Shown here: positions 49,413 through 58,591 of the stretch, piece by piece
Layout: every line of letters starts with the position of its first letter
Position numbering within the stretch: the first letter of the stretch is position 1
Assembly (NCBI GenBank): GCA_963829385.1
Contig: CAWHHV010000005.1
Coordinates: 30,593-94,592, forward strand
Length of the DNA: 64,000 nt
DNA from: an uncultured Alphaproteobacteria bacterium
GTDB taxonomy: Bacteria; Pseudomonadota; Alphaproteobacteria; Rhodobacterales; Rhodobacteraceae
Direction: 5' to 3'
Position numbers and translations under genes: made by a program
The notes under the pieces: model-generated
What the model was told of the DNA's origin: nothing
Database searches by the model: none
The model's input: the letters and a program-made list of their open reading frames with translations, nothing else

Positions 49413-51821
49413 ATGGAGGCGCGCAGCCTGCCCCCCGGCGACGACGCGATCGCCCGGCTCCTCGCCGGCTACAGCCCGCCGCCGGGCGTGGCCGACGAAC
49501 TGCTGGACGCCGAGGGGCGGATCCGGCCGGTCTGGCTGCCCTTCATCAGCCACTTCGCGAAGCTCGGGCCCGAGGACATCGCGAGCCGCTTCGCCCGCGG
49601 CGACCAGTACCTGCGCGACGCCGGCGTCTTCTTCCGCCAGTACGGCGATAGCGGCTCGACCGAGCGCGCCTGGCCGCTTTCGCATGTGCCGGTGATCCTG
49701 CGCGCCTCCGAATGGGACCGGATCGCCGAGGGCCTGGTCCAGCGCGCGCACCTGCTCGAGGCGGTCGCCGCCGACGTCTACGGCCCGAACCGGCTGGTCG
49801 CCGAGGGCCACCTGCCGGCCGAACTGATCGCGGCCAGCCGCGAATGGCTGCGCCCGCTGGTCGGCCTGCGTCCGCGCGGCGGCAACTTCCTGCACTTCCT
49901 CGCCTTCGAGATCGGCCGCGGCCCCGACGGCGCCTGGTGGGTGATCGGCGACCGGACCCAGGCGCCGTCCGGCTCCGGCTTTGCGCTGGAGAACCGTGTC
50001 GCCGCCGCGCGCGTCTTCTCGGACTTCTACGGCGAGGCGCGGGTCGAGCGGCTCGCAGGGTTCTTCCGCACGTTCCGCGACGCGCTGAACAGGCTTTCCG
50101 ACGAGCCCGGATCACGCGTGTCGATCCTGACGCCAGGTCCGCTGAACGAGACCTACTTCGAACACGCCTACATCGCGCGCTACCTCGGCTTCGCGCTGCT
50201 CCAGGGCGAGGATCTGACCGTCGATCAAGGCCGCGTCATGGTCCGCACCGTCGCCGGATTGCGACCGGTCCAGGTGCTGTGGCGGCGCATGGACGCGAAC
50301 TTCGCCGATCCGCTTGAGCTCGACGCCGGCTCGCGCATCGGCACGCCCGGCCTCGTCGGCGCCGCGCGGCAGGGGTCGGTCACGATGGTCAACGCGCTCG
50401 GCTCGGGCGTGCTCGAGATCCGCGCGCTGCTCGCGTTCCTTCCCCGGATCGCGACCGCGCTGCTCGGCGAGAAGCTGATCCTGCCGAACATCGCGACCTG
50501 GTGGTGCGGCGGCGCGGCCGAGCGCGCGCATGTGCGCGCCGAGACCGGCCGGATGATGATCGGCTCGGCCTTCTCGACCCGCCTGCCCTTCGACATCGAC
50601 GAGGCGACCGTGCATGGCGGCCAGTTCCGCGGCCAGGCCCGCGAGAACGTCGATGCGTGGCTCGAGAGCGAGGGCGCGCGTCTCGTCGGACAGGAGGCGG
50701 TGACGCTGTCGACGACGCCGGCGCTGGTCGAGGGCCGCCTCGCGCCGCGCCCGATGAGCCTGCGCGTGTTCCTCGCCCGCTCGCCAGCCGGCTGGCACGT
50801 GATGCCGGGCGGCTTCGCCCGGATCGGCAAGACCGCGGATCCGACCGCGATCAACATGCAGCGTGGCGGCGGCGCCGCCGACGTCTGGGTCGTCTCCGAG
50901 ACGCCGGTCGAGCCGGTGACGATGATCGCCGCGCCGAAGGGCGACGCCTTCGCCCGCGTGCAGCCGAACGCGCTGCCGAGCCGGGCCGCCGACAACCTCT
51001 ACTGGCTCGGCCGCTACGTCGAGCGCGCCGAGGGCGCGATGAGGCTCCTGCGCGCGCTGCACGTCCGGCTGGCCGAGACCGAGGACCGCGCGGCGCCGCT
51101 GATCGTGCATCTGGCCGCCGCGCTCGAGGCCATGGACATCGATCCCGAGGAGGGCGTCCCCGACGGCCTGCGCAGCATCCTCTCCTCGGCGATCTACAGC
51201 GCCAGCAACGTGCGCGACCGCTTCTCGAACGACGGCTGGATGGCGCTGAACGACCTCGCGCGCACCGCCGGGCGCATGGCCGACACCGTCAGCCCCGGCG
51301 GCGACAACGCGCATGCGATGGGCGTGCTGCTGCGCAAGATCACCGGTTTTTCTGGCCTCGTGCACGAGAACATGTACCGCTTCACCGGCTGGCGGTTCCT
51401 GACGATCGGCCGGTCGCTGGAGCGGGCGCTGGCGACCGCGCGCAACCTGCAGTCGCTGGCCGATCCCGACGCGCCGGACGGCGCGCTCGACCTCGTCGTC
51501 GAGATCGGCGACAGCGTGATGAGCCATCGCCGCCGCTATGCGGTGGAGACCAACCGCGCGACCGTGGTCGACCTGCTCGCGCTCGACGCGATGAACCCGC
51601 GCTCGGTCCTCTACCAGCTGACCGAGGTCAAGAACCATGTCGCGATGCTTCCCGGCGCGACGACCAACGGCCAGATGTCGACGCTGTCGCGCGCGATCCT
51701 GCGCGTCCACACCGAACTCGCGATCATGACCCCCGACACGCTCGACTGCGAGACGCTGGGCGCGCTGCGCGACGAGATCTCGATGCTGTCCGACCTGATC
51801 TACGACACCTACCTGCGGTGA
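49413..51821 (+). CDS. fused circularly-permuted type-2 ATP-grasp / alpha-E domain protein
   Basis: 802 aa starting 5 nt after the upstream stop. The N-terminal ~480 aa resemble CP-ATP-grasp proteins (..FALENR..LLQGEDL..VLWRRMD..). The C-terminal ~300 aa form the alpha-E helical domain (..NLYWLGRYVERAEG..). Confidence 0.75.
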   Translation: MEARSLPPGDDAIARLLAGYSPPPGVADELLDAEGRIRPVWLPFISHFAKLGPEDIASRFARGDQYLRDAGVFFRQYGDSGSTERAWPLSHVPVILRASEWDRIAEGLVQRAHLLEAVAADVYGPNRLVAEGHLPAELIAASREWLRPLVGLRPRGGNFLHFLAFEIGRGPDGAWWVIGDRTQAPSGSGFALENRVAAARVFSDFYGEARVERLAGFFRTFRDALNRLSDEPGSRVSILTPGPLNETYFEHAYIARYLGFALLQGEDLTVDQGRVMVRTVAGLRPVQVLWRRMDANFADPLELDAGSRIGTPGLVGAARQGSVTMVNALGSGVLEIRALLAFLPRIATALLGEKLILPNIATWWCGGAAERAHVRAETGRMMIGSAFSTRLPFDIDEATVHGGQFRGQARENVDAWLESEGARLVGQEAVTLSTTPALVEGRLAPRPMSLRVFLARSPAGWHVMPGGFARIGKTADPTAINMQRGGGAADVWVVSETPVEPVTMIAAPKGDAFARVQPNALPSRAADNLYWLGRYVERAEGAMRLLRALHVRLAETEDRAAPLIVHLAAALEAMDIDPEEGVPDGLRSILSSAIYSASNVRDRFSNDGWMALNDLARTAGRMADTVSPGGDNAHAMGVLLRKITGFSGLVHENMYRFTGWRFLTIGRSLERALATARNLQSLADPDAPDGALDLVVEIGDSVMSHRRRYAVETNRATVVDLLALDAMNPRSVLYQLTEVKNHVAMLPGATTNGQMSTLSRAILRVHTELAIMTPDTLDCETLGALRDEISMLSDLIYDTYLR

Positions 51822-51828
51822 CCGCCCG

Positions 51829-52716
51829 ATGCTCTACGACGTTGGCCTGACCATCACCTATTCCTACGAGAGCCCGGCGATTGCCGGCAGGCACCTGTTG
51901 CGCCTGGCGCCGGGCGACCTTCCGGGCGCGCAGCGCCGCATCAGCTCCTGGCTGGAAGTCAGCCCCGAGCCCTCCGAGCGCACGGATTTCCGCGACTTCT
52001 TCGGGAACGAGGCCGCCGAGATCGTGTTCCGCGAGGCCCATGACGAGATCGCGTTCCGCGTCTCCGCGCGGATCGAGCGGATCGCGCTGGCGCCGTCGCT
52101 CGACCTGTCGCCGGATCTGCCGGGCCTCGCGCGGGAGATCGCCGAGTGCCGCGGCCTCGGGCCCGAGTCGCCGCACCACTTCATCGCGCCGAGCCCGCGC
52201 ATCGACCGCGTGCCGGAGGCGGTCGCCTTCGCGCGGGAGGCGGTCGTCCCAGGCTCGACCGCGATGCGCGCCGTCGAAGCCGTCGGCGTCGCGCTGCACG
52301 AGCAGATGACCTACGATCCCGAGGCGACCAAGGTGGACACGGCGCCGGCGGACGCATTCCGGCGCCGTCACGGCGTCTGCCAGGACTACGCGCAGATCAT
52401 GATCGCGGCGCTGCGCGGCGTCGGCATTCCGGCCGGATACGTGTCCGGCTTCCTGCGCACCACGCCGCCGCCGGGGCGGCCCCGCCTCGAGGGCGCGGAT
52501 GCGATGCACGCCTGGATCCGGGCCTGGTGCGGCTGGGAGACCGGCTGGATCGAGTTCGACCCGACCAACGCCACGATCGTCGGCTCAAACCACATCGAGA
52601 TCGCGCGCGGCCGCGACTACGGGGACGTCTCCCCGGTGCTCGGCGTGCTGCGCATCTCCGGCGCGCAGACGACCGAGCAGGCGGTCGACGTGCTGCCGGT
52701 CGATCCGGCCGCCTGA
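51829..52716 (+). CDS. transglutaminase-fold cysteine peptidase-like protein (Bact_transglu_N plus core)
   Basis: ..RRHGVCQDYAQIMIAALR..DAMHAWIRAW..WIEFDPTN.. gives an intact Cys/His/Asp. Confidence 0.8.
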   Translation: MLYDVGLTITYSYESPAIAGRHLLRLAPGDLPGAQRRISSWLEVSPEPSERTDFRDFFGNEAAEIVFREAHDEIAFRVSARIERIALAPSLDLSPDLPGLAREIAECRGLGPESPHHFIAPSPRIDRVPEAVAFAREAVVPGSTAMRAVEAVGVALHEQMTYDPEATKVDTAPADAFRRRHGVCQDYAQIMIAALRGVGIPAGYVSGFLRTTPPPGRPRLEGADAMHAWIRAWCGWETGWIEFDPTNATIVGSNHIEIARGRDYGDVSPVLGVLRISGAQTTEQAVDVLPVDPAA

Positions 52717-52741
52717 CAGGCGCGTTCGCTTCCGGCGGCGC

Positions 52742-53131
52742 CTAGCGGCGCCGCTCGCCCTCGACCGGGTCCATCACCGGCGGACGCTCGTCCTCGTTGG
52801 TCCGCACGCCCCAGACCGGATCGCCCCAGTCGACCTCCGCGCCCGGCGCGTAGCGCGGCGATCCCTCGATTTCCGAGCGCGTCAAATTGACGACGTAGCC
52901 GCCGAGATGCGTGTCGTAATCGAGCAGCGACCAGCGGATCGGATAGTGGTGGTCGCCCATTCCGAGGAAGCCGCCGAAGGACAGGACCGCGAAGACGGCC
53001 TCGCCGCCCACCTTGGTCAGCACGATGTCCTCGACGGTCCCGAGACGCTCGCCGTCCCGGTTGTAGACGGCGGTTCCCTTCACGCGGCTCGCCTCGATGT
53101 AGGAATGGTTCGGCACGGCGCGTTCCGACAT
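52742..53131 (-). CDS. PRC-barrel domain protein
   Basis: ..ASRVKGTAVYNRDGERLGTVEDIVLTKVGGEAVFAVLSFGGFLGMGDHHYPIRW... Strong GAGGAGGA SD before ATG 53131. Confidence 0.65.
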   Translation of the reverse strand: MSERAVPNHSYIEASRVKGTAVYNRDGERLGTVEDIVLTKVGGEAVFAVLSFGGFLGMGDHHYPIRWSLLDYDTHLGGYVVNLTRSEIEGSPRYAPGAEVDWGDPVWGVRTNEDERPPVMDPVEGERRR

Positions 53132-53325
53132 GGCATCCTCCTCTCGCAAAGTCTCGATTGTGAACCGGCAGGCCCCCGGCATGGTTCCTCGCAGTTTCCC
53201 ACGCCGATGTCGCGCATCGGCCAGAAACTTTGCAACAGGTCGACGCCTCGGTTGTTGGTCCCCCGAGGGGCGCACGCCCCGCCCATCGCAGGGGCGCATG
53301 CCCTATGCTCAGGAGGACAAGATAC

Positions 53326-53823
53326 ATGGCCCATCATGCACCAAAACTCGTCTCGCTCGCCGCGCTGCTGGCATCCCTGGCGGCGACGCCCGCGCTCGCC
53401 CAGGATCAGAACGCCGGCGACTGGCTGGAGGACGGCGAAGCCATCCCGACGCAGGACCAGTTCGAGGCGATCGAGTCCCCGGGGTTCGGAGACATCGAGG
53501 CCGGGAGCGGCGACGAGGGCGGGCTGCTGGGAGAGGAATCCCTCGACGCCGAGACCCCGCTCGCAGAGGGCGACGGCGCGGCGCCGAGGTCGGGCGGCGA
53601 CGGCGCCTCCGGGCTGTTCGACGACCCGGAATTCGACGACGCCGGCGACAACCTCGGGGATGTCGAGGTCTTCGACGATGACGTGCGCGACGCCGAGCTC
53701 TACGGGGACGGCGACGGCGACGCCCCGCTCGACGGCGGCATCGGCGATGACGGCGGCCTGATGGACGGCGGCGGCATCATGGACAACGGCGCCGTCGGCG
53801 CGAACGGCCTCGACAACCTCTGA
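53326..53823 (+). CDS. secreted, extremely acidic Asp/Glu/Gly-rich low-complexity protein
   Basis: AGGAGGA SD. Signal peptide MAHHAPKLVSLAALLASLAATPALA. The mature part is about 30 percent D+E with almost no basic residues. Confidence 0.5.
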   Translation: MAHHAPKLVSLAALLASLAATPALAQDQNAGDWLEDGEAIPTQDQFEAIESPGFGDIEAGSGDEGGLLGEESLDAETPLAEGDGAAPRSGGDGASGLFDDPEFDDAGDNLGDVEVFDDDVRDAELYGDGDGDAPLDGGIGDDGGLMDGGGIMDNGAVGANGLDNL

Positions 53824-53902
53824 GCCCGGCGCGGGTCGGGCCGTTCCGGAAGCCGGTGGACGGCCCGAGGCCCGGACGGCGGCCAGACGCCGCCCGGGCG
53901 CC

Positions 53903-55459
53903 TCAGGCGCTGGCGGCGTCCGGCGCGGTCTTGAGCCGGCGCACCAGCAGCTTGTTCAGGGCGTTGACGTAGGCGCGCGCCGAGGCGACGACGGTGTCGG
54001 TGTCCGCCGCCTGGCCGGTGACGATCTTGCCGTCCTCCTCCAGCCGCACGCTGACCGTCGCCTGAGCATCGGTGCCCTCGGTCACGGCGTGGACCTGGTA
54101 CAACGACAGGCTCGCGCCGTTCGGGACCAGGTCCCGGACCGCGCGGAACACCGCGTCCACCGGTCCGTCGCCGCTCGCCTCGACATGGTGCTCGACCCCG
54201 TCGATCGCGAGAGTCAGCTCCGCCGTCTGCGGAGCCTCGGTCCCGCAGACCACCCGCAGCCGCCGGACCTGAATGCGGTCGTTCGCGGCGTTGGTGCCCT
54301 GGTCCTGCACCAGCGCGATCAGGTCCTCGTCCCAGACCTCCTTCTTGCGGTCCGCCAGCGCCTTGAAGCGCACGAAGACGTCGGCGAGCTGGTTGTCCGC
54401 AAGCTGGAACCCGAGCTCGGCCAGCTTCGCCCGCAGCGCCGCGCGCCCCGAGTGCTTGCCCATCACGAGGCTCGTCGCGTTCAGCCCGACGTCCTCGGGC
54501 CGCATGATCTCGAAGGTCTCGGCGTTCTTCAGCATCCCGTCCTGATGGATGCCGCTTTCATGCGCGAAGGCGTTCTTGCCGACGATCGCCTTGTTGAACT
54601 GCACCGGAAAGCCCGACACCGTCGCGACGAGCCGCGAGATCTGCATGATCTTCGTCGTGTCGATGCCGGTCCGGTAGGGCATGATGTCCCGGCGCACCTT
54701 CATCGCCATCACCACCTCTTCGAGCGCGGTGTTGCCCGCGCGCTCGCCAAGGCCGTTGATCGTGCACTCGATCTGCCGCGCGCCCGCCTCGACCGCCGCC
54801 AGCGCGTTCGCCGTCGCCATGCCGAGGTCGTTGTGGCAATGCGTCGCGAACACGATCCCGTCTGCGCCCGGCACCCGCTCGACAAGCATCCGGATCAGCT
54901 CCGCGCTCTCGCGCGGCGCGGTGTAGCCGACCGTGTCGGGGATGTTGATCGTCGTCGCGCCCGCCTTGATCGCGATCTCGACCACGCGGCACAGGTAGTC
55001 GTGCTCGGTCCGCGTCGCGTCCATCGGCGACCACTGCACGTTGTCGCAGAGGTTGCGCGCATGCGTCACGGTGTCGTGGATCCGCTCGGCCATCTGGTCC
55101 ATGTCGAGGTTCGGGATCGCCCGGTGCAATGGCGAGGTGCCGATGAACGTATGGATGCGCGGCCGCTTCGCGTGCCGCACCGCCTCCCAGCAGCGGTCGA
55201 TGTCCTTGAAGCTCGCGCGCGCCAGCCCGCAGATCACCGCGCTGGACGCAACCGCAGCGATCTTGCTGACCGCCTCGAAATCGCCGTCGGAGGCGATCGG
55301 AAAGCCGGCCTCGATGATGTCGACGCCCATTTCGTCGAGCAGCTGCGCGATCTGCAGCTTTTCCTCGAGCGTCATCGTGGCGCCGGGCGACTGCTCGCCG
55401 TCGCGCAAGGTGGTGTCGAATATGAGAACCCGGTCGTCGCCGGAAGGAATGTCGGTCAT
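53903..55459 (-). CDS. leuA: 2-isopropylmalate synthase
   Basis: ..IFDTTLRDGEQSPG..HCHNDLGMATANALAAV.. plus the C-terminal LeuA dimerisation/regulatory domain. Confidence 0.9.
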   Translation of the reverse strand: MTDIPSGDDRVLIFDTTLRDGEQSPGATMTLEEKLQIAQLLDEMGVDIIEAGFPIASDGDFEAVSKIAAVASSAVICGLARASFKDIDRCWEAVRHAKRPRIHTFIGTSPLHRAIPNLDMDQMAERIHDTVTHARNLCDNVQWSPMDATRTEHDYLCRVVEIAIKAGATTINIPDTVGYTAPRESAELIRMLVERVPGADGIVFATHCHNDLGMATANALAAVEAGARQIECTINGLGERAGNTALEEVVMAMKVRRDIMPYRTGIDTTKIMQISRLVATVSGFPVQFNKAIVGKNAFAHESGIHQDGMLKNAETFEIMRPEDVGLNATSLVMGKHSGRAALRAKLAELGFQLADNQLADVFVRFKALADRKKEVWDEDLIALVQDQGTNAANDRIQVRRLRVVCGTEAPQTAELTLAIDGVEHHVEASGDGPVDAVFRAVRDLVPNGASLSLYQVHAVTEGTDAQATVSVRLEEDGKIVTGQAADTDTVVASARAYVNALNKLLVRRLKTAPDAASA

Positions 55460-55510
55460 GGCTGTCGTCCTGAAGCGAAGGAGTTTCTTGCGGCGCGGTC
55501 CCGGCTACCC

Positions 55511-55543
55511 CTGAGCGCGCGCGCCGAACCCTGGCGCGCTCAG
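55511..55543 (-). promoter_or_regulatory. 10-bp perfect hairpin in the leuA 5' leader
   Basis: CTGAGCGCGC (55511-55520) pairs with GCGCGCTCAG (55534-55543) across a 13-nt loop, 52-84 nt upstream of the leuA ATG. Confidence 0.45.
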
Positions 55544-55626
55544 AGGCGGCCTAGCAGCAGGCGACGGGCCGGCGCGCGCCCAGCCTCGTTTCCGCCTGTT
55601 CCGATGATCCGCGGCGCATCGACCAT
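55540..55626 (-). CDS. candidate Leu-rich leader peptide MVDAPRIIGTGGNEAGRAPARRLLLGRL
   Basis: Hand translation of the minus strand. CTG CTG CTA .. CTC codons lie at 55560-55543, and the TGA (55542-55540) lies inside the 5' arm of the hairpin. No clear SD; a TATATT hexamer ends 7 nt before the ATG. Confidence 0.3.
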   Translation of the reverse strand: MVDAPRIIGTGGNEAGRAPARRLLLGRL

Positions 55627-55722
55627 GGGCCGCAATATACCAGCGTGAGCCGGGAGATAAACCCGTTAATTTCTGGACGCGGCCCGATCCCGGTCCCATA
55701 TCGCACGCCGAAGGAGCGACGC

Positions 55723-56385
55723 ATGGCATCCCTGGTGGTCGGCAGTTCCGGAGGGATCGGCGCGGCGCTCGTCGCGGCGCTCCGCGCCCGCGGCGAAGAC
55801 GTCACCGGCCTGTCGCGGCGCGAGACCGGCCTCGATCTCACGGACGAGGCCAGCATCGCGCGTGCAGCCGCAGCGCTGACCGGGCCGTTCGACTTCATCC
55901 TCGACGCCACCGGCGCGCTGGAGATCGACGGCCGCGGTCCGGAGAAGGCGCTCTCCCAGATCGACCCCGGCGCGATGGCCGCGCAGTTCGCGGTCAACGC
56001 GATCGGCCCGGCGCTTCTCTTCAAGCACTTGACGCCGTTGCTGCCCGAGACCGGCCGCTGCGTCTTCGCGACGCTCTCCGCCCGCGTCGGCTCGATCGGC
56101 GACAACCGGCTGGGCGGCTGGATCGCCTACCGCGCCGCGAAGGCCGCGCTGAACCAGATCGTCCGCACGTCCGCGATCGAGATCGCGCGCAAGCGCCCGG
56201 AAGCCGTGGTCGCAGCGCTCCACCCGGGCACCGTCGCGACGCCGCTCACCGAACGTTATGTCGGGCGCAACCCGACCGTGACGCCGGATACGGCCGCATC
56301 CAACCTGCTCGGCGTCCTGGACGGCCTCGGCCCCGAGGACAGCGGCGGCTTTTTCGCCTGGGACGGCCGGACGATCCCGTGGTGA
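55723..56385 (+). CDS. short-chain dehydrogenase/reductase
   Basis: AAGGAG SD. ..VVGSSGGIGAAL..YRAAKAALN (YxxxK)... Confidence 0.75.
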   Translation: MASLVVGSSGGIGAALVAALRARGEDVTGLSRRETGLDLTDEASIARAAAALTGPFDFILDATGALEIDGRGPEKALSQIDPGAMAAQFAVNAIGPALLFKHLTPLLPETGRCVFATLSARVGSIGDNRLGGWIAYRAAKAALNQIVRTSAIEIARKRPEAVVAALHPGTVATPLTERYVGRNPTVTPDTAASNLLGVLDGLGPEDSGGFFAWDGRTIPW

Positions 56386-57912
56386 CGCCGCGCCTCGTCC
56401 TCGTTCTCGGCGACCAGCTCACGCCGTCGCTTTCGGCGCTTGCGCGCCGCCGATCGCGAGCGCGACATCGTCGTGATGGCCGAGGTCGCCGACGAGGCGA
56501 CCTACGTGAACCATCACGTGAAGAAGATGGCGTTTCTGTTCTCCGCAATGCGGAAATTCGCCTTGGAACTCGAGGCGGACGGCTGGCGCGTCGCCTACGC
56601 CCGGCTCGACGACGACGCGGCATCGCGCTCGATCTGCGGCGAGTTGATCCGCCGCCACGCCGAGTTCGGGGCAGACGGCGTCATCGCCACGCGCTGCGGC
56701 GAGTGGCGGCTGCGCGCCGCGCTCGACGCCTGCCCGCTGACGATCGAGACGCTACCCGACGACCGCTTTCTCTGCGCGGCGCAGGACTTCGCCGCTTGGG
56801 CCGAGGGGCGCAAGACGCTGCGGATGGAGCACTTCTACCGGGAGATGCGCCGCCGGACTGGCCTGCTGATGGACGGCGACGCGCCGGCAGGCGGCCGCTG
56901 GAACTTCGACCACGACAACCGCAAGCCCGCCGCGCGCGACCTCTTCATGCCCGCGCCGCTGCGCCATGAGCCCGACGCCGTCACCGAGGGCGTGCTCGCG
57001 ATGATCGAGACCCGCTTTCCCGACGGCTTCGGCCGCCTGCGCCCGTTCTGGTTCGCGACCGACCGGGCCGGCGCCGAGGCCGCGGCGGCGCACTTCATGG
57101 CCGAGATCCTCAAGGGCTTCGGCGACTTCCAGGACGCGATGCTGGAGGGCGAGCGGCACCTCCATCACTCGGTGCTGTCGATGTACCTGAACGCGGGCCT
57201 GCTGGACCCGCTCGACCTCTGCCGGCGCGCCGAGGCGGAATGGCGCGCCGGGCGTGCGCCGATCAACGCGGTCGAGGGATACATCCGCCAGATCCTCGGC
57301 TGGCGCGAGTTCATGCGCGGCGTCTACGACCTGGAAGGCCCCGACTACACGCGCAGGAACGCGCTCGGCGCCAGCCGCGCCCTGCCCGGCTTCTACTGGG
57401 ACGGCGAGACCGGCATGGCCTGTGTCCGCGACGCGGTGACGCAGTCGCTGGAGGACGCCTATGCGCACCACATCCAGCGGCTGATGGTGACCGGCAACTT
57501 CGCGCTGCTGGCCGGGATCGACCCGCACGAGGTGCATGAATGGTATCTCGCGATCTACGCCGACGCCTATGAATGGGTCGAGGCCCCGAACGTCATCGGC
57601 ATGAGCCAGTTCGCCGATGGCGGCGTCGTCGCGTCGAAGCCCTACGCCGCCTCGGGCGCCTATATCGACCGCATGTCGGATTATTGCCGCGGCTGCCGCT
57701 ACAACGTGAAGGCGCGCGGCGGCGCGGACGCCTGCCCGTTCAATCCGCTCTACTGGGACTTCCTGCTGCGCCACCGCGACCGGTTCGAGCGGAACCCGCG
57801 CATGGCGCAGATGTACCGCAGCTGGGACCGGCTGAGCGCCGAGAAGCAGGACGAGAGCCGCGCGGCGGCCGCAGCGGTGCTGGCGCGCCTCGACGCCGGC
57901 GAGCGGCTCTAG
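56379..57912 (+). pseudogene. cryB: Fe-S bacterial cryptochrome/(6-4) photolyase family protein (CryB/PhrB-like), one frameshift at 56440/56441
   Basis: GTG start overlaps the SDR stop (GTGGTGA). VTPRLVLVLGDQLTPSLSAL is followed by a frame loss. The rest lies in ORF 56440..57912 and includes the Fe-S Cys set ..GMACV.. and ..YCRGCRYN..ACPFN... Removing one T from gcgcTTgcgc restores ..LSALRAADRERDIVVMAEV... Confidence 0.8.
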
Positions 57913-57928
57913 CGCCGGCGCGCTGCGG

Positions 57929-58417
57929 CTACAGTTTCGACGACACCATGCCGGTCGCGAAGCCGCCCATGCGCAATTCTCCGTTCAGCCGCTGGTACTC
58001 GATCTTCGGGCAGCGATCCATGACCACGGTCAGACCGGCCGCCTCGGCCCTGGCCGCCGCCGCCTCGTCGATCACGCCGATCTGCATCCAGATCGCCCGC
58101 AGCCCGCGGTCCGTCAGATGCGCCAGCGCCTCGTCGACCACTGGTCCCGCCAGCGCCGAACGGCGGAAGATGTCGACCATGTGCACCTCGCCGACCGACG
58201 CCGGGATGCTGGAGAGATCAGGATGAACGATCTCGTCCAGAAGCGTCTCGCCCGCATAGGCGGGGTTGACGGGCAGAACCCGGAACCCCTTCAGCTTCAG
58301 GTAGCGCGCGACGTAGAACGAGGGCCGGATCTGGTTCTTGGACACGCCGACGATCGCGATGGTCCGGACGCCGGCCAGCAACGACCGCAGCTCCTGGTCT
58401 CCGTGCCTGCGGATCAT
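57929..58417 (-). CDS. CoA-binding domain protein (YccU-like)
   Basis: ..VRTIAIVGVSKNQIRPSFYVARYL..GFRVLPVNP... Start at ATG 58417. Confidence 0.7.
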   Translation of the reverse strand: MIRRHGDQELRSLLAGVRTIAIVGVSKNQIRPSFYVARYLKLKGFRVLPVNPAYAGETLLDEIVHPDLSSIPASVGEVHMVDIFRRSALAGPVVDEALAHLTDRGLRAIWMQIGVIDEAAAARAEAAGLTVVMDRCPKIEYQRLNGELRMGGFATGMVSSKL

Positions 58418-58442
58418 CCGGCAACCCTCTCGAAGGCCACGC

Positions 58443-58472
58443 AAAAAAGCGCCCGGAAGAATATCCGGGCGC
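58443..58472 (-). terminator. rho-independent terminator downstream of the rlmB-like gene
   Basis: On the minus strand: GCGCCCGG-atattctt-CCGGGCGC followed by TTTTTT (58448-58443). Confidence 0.65.
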
Positions 58473-58591
58473 GAAGTCGGAACGAGGGACAGTGAGATGA
58501 AGCAGGGCAGTTCCAATCCATCTGCTTCCTCACGCATATGGGGTCCGCCACCCGGTCCGGAAAGGGCGATGAAACAAATGTGATCATCTTG

